Shown here: positions 50,561 to 64,000 of the stretch, piece after piece
How positions within the stretch are numbered: the stretch's first letter is position 1
Layout of the letters: each line of letters opens with the position of its first letter
DNA from: the human T2T-CHM13v2.0 reference genome, Homo sapiens
Assembly (NCBI RefSeq): GCF_009914755.1
Contig: NC_060936.1
DNA length: 64,000 nucleotides
Direction: 5' to 3' (one strand)
Notes under the pieces: generated by a model
The model's database searches: none
Told to the model about the DNA's origin: nothing
Seen by the model: only the letters and a program-made list of their open reading frames with translations
Position numbers and translations under genes: made by a program

Positions 50561-50879
50561 TCCAAATGCCAACTTTCCTAAATCTCTGCTCAAAAAAGAG
50601 AGGTGGAAAACTTTCCAGTATAATTCATGGGGGTGCTTAGGTGTAGCTTTTCTCACTTGAAAACCAGAGAACCAGAGAAGGTACAGAAACCTGGAAAAAT
50701 GATTATAAGTCTTTTCTAGAACATTAGAAACCAATTAGGTCAGTTGTTAAAAATCAAAACTAGAATTTTATGTGACATATAGAAAGAAAATTTCCTGACT
50801 TTAACACAGGAAGTTGTGAAGTTGTAAATACAATTTTCAAGATGATTCGTTTATTGCAGAAATTGATTTGAGTTTGCCT

Positions 50880-54030
<3,151 letters not shown>

Positions 54031-54076
54031 AGGTCTTCTATTATTTCTTTCATAGATGCAGAAAGTTAAATTTTGT

Positions 54077-54996
54077 CTATGAAGTTAAAGGTTTTGCTTT
54101 TTTCAGAGAGAATTTAAGATGCCACAGTAGTCTCAAGGAGCTCTGTCTTAGCTTGTTGTTTCCCAAAATTATAATAAATGAGTGGCCTGAGGGAAAGGCA
54201 AGTAAAATCATCATAATAAACATCATGACCTGATAATTCTCTACCTCAAGGAAGATCCAATCTCCTATTAAAGTGGAAATAAAGTTAATAATAAAAAGGA
54301 GGAGGAAGGCTATCACCATTTTCATGGCCCTTTTATGGGCCTCTGTGCTGGAGTCCCTTGAGCCCAGAGAGTTGAGCTGCAAATTCTTGGTGTGTCTCAC
54401 TAAGGATATAAATAAAAGGAGCAAAGAGGTCAGAGTCAGAAGAAAGGGAATAACGTATGTCAAGCTGAGAAGCCTAAGGCCTTGAAGATAGACTATTTTA
54501 CTTGTATCTGAGTGCAAAGTCATGTTTTTTTCACAACTCACTAATGGCATTGGACATAAAAAGGTAAACAAACGATAAGAACAAAGACCGCAGGAAAAGC
54601 ACAAGAACCACTCTGTTCATTCTCCACTTCAGCCAGGCAAAAAAATAAGTGGGAGAAATTGGCTATCTTAAGCAAGTAGAAAATGCTTAGGCAGGTGGCA
54701 AACTAGATACTTAACTGATTAATTAATGCCCAAAGAATAGTAAACAGTTTTACTAGTTTACGGATGGTATATAGATGAGGGGACAATACCATTATAAATG
54801 AATCAAATAGTATTAAATACAGTCGAATGATTCTGACTATAGCCAAGCTGGTGAGGATGAAATCAGCTGATGAGACCTTCCAACTCTTGGCCCACTCAAT
54901 GCAGTTTACCAGTCCAATGAGCCCGTTTCCCAGCATTCCTAAGACAAGTCCTCTTGTTGCCACCACCAGAAAGAAAATATTAATTCCAACGAACAT
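54077..54996 (-). pseudogene. TAS2R18P: TAS2R pseudogene of the TAS2R18/42/67-like clade, most likely TAS2R18P
   Basis: MFVGINIFF...GNGLIGLVNCIEW...DFILTSLA is followed by TAG at 54703-54705, replacing the conserved TM3 Trp. The reading continues FATCLSIFYLLKIANFSH, shifts frame in a T7 run (~54640), and has a second stop/frameshift near 54530. The rest is intact (DSSTEAHKRAMK...HSFIIILGNNKLRQ). The symbol comes from my recollection of gene order (about 25 kb from TAS2R30). Confidence 0.85.
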
Positions 54997-55721
54997 TTCT
55001 ATGAAAATATTTCCGATATTCTACTTCACTGACAGCTTTATAGTCAAACAGTTGCAGATGGGCATGCATTTATGATGCTTTCTATCTATGTTTTCATCAC
55101 AATTTCAGAAGGCATAGCCAAATTCAGATATATGTTCAGAGATCTTCATGAAAAAAATAGTTTGTTCTATTTATATTGTAACTCCGGTACTAAACCAAAT
55201 TGTTAAGAGATACAAAGCTTCATGAATACCTTTCTTACCACTTTCAGTCAGCTACTATATAATTTCTAGAACAAACACTAATGATGTCTATTTATCTTCA
55301 GCATCAGCCACAATTTTCCATTCATGGTAATGACTAAAGAAGCGAAGTCGAGTATGTAAACATGCAAAAATGAGAGATCATTTTTCACTAATTTGCATTT
55401 TCATCTCCCCTGAGCCATACCACTTGAATACAAATATCTTAAATTTTGAATAGAAATTGTTAGAAATAACATTTATTTCAGTAATTATTTGTCTCTCATT
55501 CAGTAACATCCTTCTACATACCAAGCATTTTTGTTGATGCAATATGATTTATAGAAATAAGTTCCTAAAATTATTCATAGTTCAAGAATTTCACCCAAGT
55601 CCTAAAACTATTAATATAAATAATTTGTATGCAATGTTACAGGAGCTAAACAGAATAAACAAAATATACCAGAATTAAAGACGAGGAAGATACAAATGCT
55701 TCAGTGAAGAATTGACTATAG

Positions 55722-56070
<349 letters not shown>

Positions 56071-56229
56071 CTGGAATTCTTTAGAATTTATGAAAAAGAA
56101 GAAAAGAACTAATATTCAAGACAGGTTTAAGGGCACTTTCAAACTACAAAAGTGACATAAACAAGCTATACCATGCATCTATAGGCAGGAACTTTTTTGT
56201 TTCACATTTGTATGGCTATTTTAAGCAAA

Positions 56230-58200
56230 ATGCACTCTCCAACTTCCATGTCCTAAATTTCATGTTCTACTCTTTTTTCTAAGCATATAGACTATATTTC
56301 CAAGCCTCTCTTACAGATGCAATGTGACTAAAAGCTGAACAATGTAATGTGAGTGGAAATTATGTGCACTATTTCCAGGCCCGTCCCATAAAAATTTGCC
56401 ATGCATCCTCCTCCATGCACCTTTTCTGCTCCTGGCTGCCTGGAATAAGGTGACCCCAAGGCAATCTTGGAAGCTGTGTTAAAGGTCACCAAGTGATCAG
56501 CCTATTTTAGTGAATAACTACATAGGGAAGGTTACTCAGACATATCAGTACCATTAAAAGAACAAAATTAAATCATATTGTTCGAAACGTTTTACATTTT
56601 GGAGCTATTTGTGATGCAGTTTGTCTACCCAGTCTAACACAGAAATTGGAACTGAAAGTGGGAGAATTTGTTTAGAGGATTTGGATAGTGAAGGAACAGA
56701 TCTTGGAGACTGGCAACACGATGGCACATGTGGTGTATAAGCAAACTTTTTAAAAACATTATATGCAATAACTTAGAAGAAGGCCATGTTTAATGAGTCT
56801 CTGGCCCTAGGGGAAGTGGTTGATGAAAGTCAAAACGGTGTGCCAGGGTTGTTCTCCAAAATATTTTAGCAAGATATTATGAGAAGATGAGAAAGGAAAA
56901 GAATTGACTGGTTTGCAAATAAGAATTAAGAGCAAGAGAGAGTTCAGAAATCTAAGGTTTCAGAGGGGTATAAAATCTCACAGGTTTGGGGTATCAAACA
57001 GCAATAAGTGAGACTGAAAAAAAAATTAAGAGGCCCATTAAGACTTTTCAATTAAACATAGAGACCATTGTTTCGAATGCCTTCAAGATAACTGCCACCA
57101 AAGTGAAAGAAAGAGGCCTGGGATAAGTAAGGGAAAAATGTTTATCTATTTTCTTATTTATACAGACATGAAACATTTGTGTAAGGACAACCATTTTGGA
57201 AATTTTTGTAGGGTAAGATGGAACTGACCAGAAGCAAGTAGATTAAAAACTTTATATGTTGCTGAGGATATTGCATTTGTCAAATAAATTATGAGTGATT
57301 TAATTAAATATGTGATATTAAAATGACTCTCTGGCTTCCAAACTTGCATTATTGAAAAGACTTGAAATACGTACCTTCTCCAGGAAGGTACCCTTCTCAT
57401 CATCCTTTTCAGATGCAGCCAAGGAGGATAATAATGAAGAACATCCAGAGGGTAAAGCCAGGATCCTCAGAAAATGATGGATAAGGGAGTTTCTCCCAGA
57501 GTCCAGACACAGGGACTAATCAGGAACTTCCCTGTAAATCCAGGGCAGGCGACTCCACATAGCCTATCAAGGAAGGTTTGTCACTGCTATGGCCAATCTA
57601 CCATTGTATTCCTCCTGTTTTCTTTCTAAATGGGAGGAGTTTATTGTTGCCAGTCAGCCTGCCCCTAATCATCCACTTTATACTTTGAAGTGAAGATATA
57701 TATATCTTGTGTTTTTTGTTTTCATTTATTCCCAGACCACGAGGGACTACATTTGGAAGTGGTAAACAGAACTGTCTATCACTCAGAAGCCCTGAACTTT
57801 AAGCTGATATAACATAAGACTTTAATGCATCCCCAGGAAAGGAGCATAAGTGTGTTCTATATGTGGGAAGAAGGGTACATATGGTGATTTAAAAATAGGC
57901 ATGAAGTCTGTGGCAGGTACTGTGTTGCTGACCAAAATCCTTGTTCTCCTCTTCCTGAGCACACATGAGACTACATTTCCCAGGATCCCATGCAGTTGGG
58001 TGTGACCCAGTGTCTGAGTTCTTGCCACTGGAGCTTGAGAAGTGATGTGTGAAAACTCTATGTCCCCAACAAATACAGCCTCACCCCAAACACACACATA
58101 AATACACATGCACACTTGTAATGAAGAATACCCCCTGGGCAACCATGGAAAAATGTGTTAATATTTGCGAAGACTTCTTTAGCCTGAGTCAATCAATAAT
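56230..58200 (+). mobile_element. Old MaLR: MLT1 LTR, internal region, LTR fragment
   Basis: gactatatttccaagcct/gactacatttcccagga LTR motifs at ~56290 and ~57970. The internal part starts acagaaattgg at ~56640. Confidence 0.55.
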
Positions 58201-58395
58201 TGCAGAGAGAAGGGATACATGGAACACTATTCAGCTGTAAAAAGAAATGAGAAAGATTGCTATATAGTACTATGAAGTGATACCTAATTATTAAATTATT
58301 TTAAAAGGAAAAATGCAGAACAATGTGTGTAGTATGTTCTATATTGTTTAAGAATGGTATTGTCAAAAGCTGACTTTAAAAAATGGTTACGTATA

Positions 58396-58470
58396 GTGTT
58401 CACTTCAGCAGCACATATACTAAAGTTGGAACAATTACAGAGAATATTAGCATGGCCCCTTCCATATCTT
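58396..58470 (+). pseudogene. U6 snRNA retropseudogene with internal deletion
   Basis: gtgttcacttcagcagcacatatactaaagttggaac...attagcatggcccct matches the U6 5' part and is joined to tccatat (U6 3' end). A-rich tail; TSD aaaa(t)tggttac(g/c)tata. Confidence 0.85.
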
Positions 58471-59365
58471 AAATTTTTAAAAGCAATTAAAAAAGGAAAA
58501 AAAATTGGTTACCTATAGGAAAGGAAACACAGAGCATATGACAGGAAAGAAGCTAGGCTTCTCTGAATACATTTTGTTTTGAAGTTTTACCCCTGGTACC
58601 ATGAACATTTATTAAATAATCACTAAAAATTAAAATAAAGGAATATTAATCCTGAAAAATAAAAATAAAAACAAATGAACCTGTCTGATGGATGATTTAA
58701 CTAAAAGAGGAATTGTTTCAAATGATCCTACAACATAGTTTTTTTATCTCCAGAAGGATATATGCTAAGATAAATCTGAAAGTGTTTTAATAATTAAGCT
58801 GTTAGAATAATCTAATCTGAGTACTGTTAGTTTGAAACTATTATATGCGCTGATGCACACAATTAATTATGTGAATGTTGTGTGGTTACGGACCAAGATT
58901 TTCAGCATGAGAAAAAAAGAAGTAAGAATATAAAATCTGAATTGGAAATATCAACATGAACTTATTTTTAAAATCTATTCTGGTAGTTTAAGCACAAAAG
59001 ACATTTATTAAAGTGTATCAGAGAATCATTACAAAGTCTGCAGAAGCAGATTCAAAGCTAAGCATCTAGATACAATGTGTGTATCAGATTTTTTACTCTA
59101 CCATATACCATCCCCAAGTTTCTAAGCTCTCACCTTTGCCACAGGGACATAAAAAAGAAGCTGGAATAACATTTCCCAGACCCCATGGTCAATTAAATTC
59201 CCCCTTAAAAAAAGACACTTTGAGGTAAAGCTATTATTTCTTGGGCAGCAATCTAGACTGGCACTTAGGTATCTACAGACTACAAGCATAAGGGTTGGAT
59301 AGCTACAAATATACTCCTAGGAATCACCCACTTTGAGGCCAGAGGCACCTGATATCATCAGTAGC

Positions 59366-59820
59366 TGTGATGGTTAATTTTACATATCAACTTGACTGGG
59401 TTAAAGAATACCCGTATAACTGGTAAAACATTATTTCTGGGTGCCTCTGTAAAGGTGTTTCTAGAAGAGATGAGCATTGGAATCTGTAGACCGAGTAAAG
59501 ATCTGCCCTCACCAATGTAGGTAGGCATCAACCAATCTGATGAGGGCCCTAATAGAACAAAAAGCTGGAGGAAGGGCAAATATACTCTCTTCTTGAGTGG
59601 AGACATCCATCTCCTCCTGCCCTTGGACATCAGAGCCCCTGATTCTCAGGCCTTTGGCCTCAAGACTACACCACTGGTTGTATCATGGGACTTCTCAGCC
59701 TCCATAATCAATTGAGCCAATCCCTATAATGAATCCCTTTTTACACATGTTTATTATGAAAATTGGCTCATAATTATGATTCTGTTGGATCTGTTTATTT
59801 GGAGATCCCTGACTAATACA
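59366..59820 (+). mobile_element. MLT2 LTR
   Basis: tgtgatggttaatttta...tcaacttgactggg ... ccctgactaataca termini. Confidence 0.8.
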
Positions 59821-60049
59821 GTAGCCTGCATAGAGGATGCAAGTAGCTGACACAAATGTTATTGCCTTCATGTACAACCCCTACAATTCTGGATTCCTGA
59901 AAGTAACCCTCCAGAATTAGTCTCACTTCCCCCAAAGCCTTCTAATGTTTGTATAGTGTCTAACTCCCTGATTAAACTTCTTCTAACTCAGAACATCTAA
60001 AATGTCTTGTTTTCTACCTAATGTGGTCTGAGGCTTCTCAAAAAAAAAA

Positions 60050-60900
60050 TGCTTCTTTTTGTAAATCAGCTTTACTGAAATATAATTTTTATAAATTATA
60101 TGAAAAACCATTTTAATTATACAGTTTACTTTTGGCAAATTATACAGATTAACTACCACAATCAAGATATAGAACATTTCCATCACCCCCAAAAACATCC
60201 TTGACATTCCTAGACCCCTTTGCAGTGCATTCTACCTCAGGCCTTTGGCTATCACTGATCTGTTTTCTGTCACTATATTTTTCTCTTTGTAGAAGAGAAA
60301 ATGGTATCATGTTTGAACCTTTCTTTCACTTGGTAGAATGTTTAGAGTCATCTGTTGTTGCATGTAAAAGTGATTTATTCTTTTTTGTTGCTGAGTAGTA
60401 TTCAATTTTACGGGTATGTTCTCATTTCTCTTAAGAATTGCTGGGTTTCATGGTATTTTTTACTTCATAAGAAACTATCAAACTCAACCAAAGAGGCTTT
60501 GCCACTTTGCATCTCCACCAGTAATGTATGAGGATTCTAGTTGCCCCCTATCCTCACAAATTAGTATTGCCAGTCTTCCCAATTTTTTCCTCCATCTCTT
60601 CTCTCCTTTTCTCCCTCTTTCATTTTTCTGTTTGAATAATATATAGTAATCTGCCTTCAATATTACTGATTCTGCCTCTGCCATCTCCAGTCTGTTGATA
60701 AATTGCCAAAGGAATCTTTCACCTCCAATACTGCTTTTCATTTCTAGCATTTTCATTTGAGCTTCTTATATAGTTTCTATCTCTCTGCTAAAATTTCCTG
60801 AGCATGTTATTTATCTTTTCCACTAGAATTTTAACACATTAATCATAATTATTTTTAAAGGTTCTGTCTGATAATTTCAACCTCTGGGCCATTATTTTCT
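60050..60900 (-). mobile_element. Old L1M fragments, antisense
   Basis: accacaatcaagatatagaacatttccatcacccc and ttgttgctgagtagtattc. Confidence 0.6.
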
Positions 60901-62002
60901 CTTAACAATGCCTGGGTTTTTGTATGTGTGTATACATATTTACAGTAAATCCTGAGATAAATCCTGAGATAAATATTACCCCTCAAAAATGGGCTGCCTT
61001 CTTATTCTGTCAGACTACTAAGTGTGTGAAATTGTATCAATCCAATCTGTAGTTTATCTGTATTTAGATTCAAATGGCTCCAGTGGTGGAATGCCAGTAA
61101 CTTGTGTTTTGGGGAAGACTGGAGTGCCAAAGGGATTCTCAGTGTTTGTGCTCAGCTTCAAGAGTCCACACATGCACTATAGAGAAGGCTCTTTCTATAC
61201 TTGTGTCCCTCTCCCAGTATAGTGGCATTGCTTGTTAATCAGAGAAAAGTTCATGGTGGGGCAATGGGAGCTCTTTGTTCTTCTCTAGCAACTGCCCCTG
61301 TCTACGCACCTTTGCCTCAGACGTGGGACTTTTTTAATGCTCCTACCACTCCCACAACAAGAAAAACTGCCTAAAATCAGTGAAGGATCCTGGCTGAAAG
61401 CCGGTTTTCTCCCCCTCCTCCAGTAGCAACAGATGGCTTTCACCCAGTGTCAGCATGGGAGTCCAAGTCAGGCAATCTTCCTGCCCCTCCTTGAGTGTCA
61501 GTCAATCAATGTCTTGTATCAGTGGAGGGTCTTGATATCATCAGGTTAACTGCCCCCTTCCTGCAGCAAATGGGTTTTTCCTGGTGTTCATGCAGAGTCC
61601 AGGATTGGTGGGTTTTCTGCCTTCCTTCACTGGCAGATCCTTTCTGTTTAGCCAGCATGCAGCCCAGAGCAAGTGAGTTTCCTGGACTTCCCCTGTGACA
61701 ACAGACTTCTAATATGTATTAATACAGACCTAGGAGTGCAGGCAGGTTTCTTACCCCACTCCTTGTGCCAATCAGCTATTGCCCAATATCAGAGTAGGGT
61801 CCAGGTTACAGTGTATTCCCTGCCCCTCACTCAGCAGCAGGCAGATTTTGCATAATAAAGATCCAGAACATGTGTAGTTTTCTTGCCTGTCCCCTAGCAC
61901 TGGCCAACAACCACCTTTTACTCATGCAGGGTCCAGTGTAAATGGGCTTCTCCAGTTTCTATTACTCCACTTTAAAACTTAAGAAGATTTTGTTCCCATT
62001 TG

Positions 62003-62470
62003 TTTTAGATTTGCACTGCTGCTAAAACAAATTATCATAAATTTAGTGGCTTAAATACTACAAAATTATCTTAACAGTTCTACAGATCAGAAGTCTGGTA
62101 TTTGTCTTACTAAGCTAAAATCAAGGTGTCAGCAAGGCTGCATTGCTTTCTGGAGGCTCTAGGAAGGAATCCATTTCCTTGCCATTCCCAGCTTCTAGAA
62201 ACTACCTGCAGACCTTGGTTTGGGGACTCCTTCATCTTCAAAGTCAGAAGTGTTGCATCTCTCTAACCCTAGTTAAGAAATAATCTGTTTTTAAGGGCTC
62301 ATATGATTAGACTGAACCCACCTAAATAATATGGGATAATCTCCCATCTCAAGGTGCATACCAATAATCACATTTGCAAAATCTCCATGCCATATAATGT
62401 AACATATTAACTAGTTCCAAAGATTAAGTCATAGACATCTTTGGGAAAGCCATTATTCTGCCTCCTATAC
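62003..62470 (-). mobile_element. MLT1 (B/C/D-like) LTR
   Basis: aaatttagtggcttaaa...ctaaaatcaaggtgtcagc...ccagcttctag...gccattattctgcct. Confidence 0.75.
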
Positions 62471-62720
62471 CGTGTACCATAAAGGAACTTTCCTAGGTTT
62501 CCTGTCTGTCCTCAACCTTTCCAGTAAGCATTCGGTAGAAGCCCAAGGGGAAAAGCTGGCAATTACAGACCACTCCTGTGTCTGGGGCTCCCAGGTATTC
62601 TAAACTGTCACATTAAACTACACTCAACCTTTGTAAGAATTTGTTAAAATTTCAGCCATTTTCTTGTTACCTACTGAAACGCCAGAGAACTCTTCTGGAG
62701 TTCTGCCACAGATGAAATAA

Positions 62721-63020
<300 letters not shown>

Positions 63021-63505
63021 AAATTCAGTTTACCTGCTCACCTTGTAACTTCAGTTCTAACAAGCTCAAAATAAATTATGACTTTGTAGCCTACCTAGTT
63101 TACTCTCTTTGTTAGAGCAGAAGCAACATTCTCTTTTGGTCTACTGCTAACTAAAAGGAAGTAAAATTCTCAAGCTGGTTTTCAAAATGCATGCATAAAT
63201 GCATGCTATATCATATTCTTCCACATGCATGGTTTACAAATGTCTCAATTAAAAAATAGATTCATGTATAGGTGATTTTTTATGCACCTATGAAATCTGG
63301 CCTTGTAATGAAGAATACAATAGATCTTAATAATCTGACAATTATTAAGTGTGTTTCATTGTCTAAAAGAGAGGTTTGAGGGGAGAAAAAGAAAAGTCTT
63401 TCTTGAAATATGGAAATAAGAGTATATATTTAGCTCTGAGTATGTTCTGGTAAGAATTACAATGACGTCAAACTATATGTACATATTAAAGCCATGGCAA
63501 AAAAC

Positions 63506-63520
63506 GAAAGAAAGAAAGGA

Positions 63521-63567
<47 letters not shown>

Positions 63568-63672
63568 GAAAAGAAAAGAAAGAAAGGAAAGAAAAGAAAG
63601 AAAAGAAAGAAAAGAAAGAAAGAAAGGAAAAGAAAAGAAAAGAAAAAAGAAAGAAAGAAAGAGAAAAGAAAA
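63506..63672. repeat. (GAAA)n/(GAAAA)n purine simple repeat
   Basis: Read directly from the sequence. Confidence 0.95.
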
Positions 63673-64000
63673 ATTAAAGAGTTTTTATGTGGGCTTCTAC
63701 TTGATTTTATTTTTTCCTAATACAAAAAAGTTTTCGTCAAGGCTTTCAAGGAGCCAAGGTTTCCCATCATATCAAGAATCTAATCTTCCACAGCATTATC
63801 AGTGAGGTCTGACTCAGCTTGCTCTTCCCAAGAATCAGAATCAGAGTGATCAGAAAGGCAGAAGGCTCCTACTATCTGCAAAAGCACCATGCCCAGCAGG
63901 CTGTTTACCATAAAGTGAATCAAATCTGCTATAAAAGCTGAAAAACAGTACATGATAAAAAGAAAATAAGAAAGATTACGACTCCAAAATCATTTATTTC

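Larger units (their letters stand above)
48648..50877. repeat. 90-bp inverted repeat pair (48648-48737 and 50788-50877)
   Basis: Base-by-base reverse-complement comparison gives 88/90 identity. Confidence 0.92.

Noticed and set aside
54077-54604. 175-aa ORF as an independent short receptor
   Set aside because: Non-ATG start and an out-of-frame N-terminus; it is the 3' half of the pseudogene.
60946-60975. Short tandem repeats (taaatcctgaga x2; also cagtgtaagac x2 at ~26060)
   Set aside because: Ordinary slippage duplications with no spacer array. Nothing CRISPR-like is present in the window.
63462-63805. Lys/Glu/Arg-rich ORFs
   Set aside because: Translation of the GAAA microsatellite.

Overview
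Primate, almost certainly human, genomic DNA from the chr12p13 bitter-taste-receptor (TAS2R) cluster. It is AT-rich and dense in L1, Alu and LTR elements. It holds one intact intronless gene, TAS2R30 (28651-29610, minus strand), and one multiply disabled pseudogene, most likely TAS2R18P (54077-54996, minus strand). All other long ORFs derive from L1 or Alu. The non-repeat sequence is an old tandem segmental duplication, and it hides several TAS2R remnants. (i) Three 'ghost' loci keep a TAS2R30-type upstream region, the ATG and about 15-18 TM1 codons, fused directly to a TAS2R18-type 3' flank. (ii) A paralogous cassette at about 17460 lacks the whole gene plus promoter (about 2.1 kb). (iii) A heavily decayed TAS2R TM1-TM3 relic lies at about 49205-49548, with an orphan promoter displaced by an LTR. 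A bipartite octamer-like motif (ATGCAAA-N~23-TTTGCA) recurs upstream of deeply diverged TAS2R starts and is a candidate shared cis-element. Also present: an 88/90-bp inverted repeat, a twin-primed L1PA, a full-length L1PA nested in an L1MA, and an internally deleted U6 retrocopy. I see no evidence of a wholly new protein system. All alignments were done by eye, and repeat boundaries and subfamilies are approximate.
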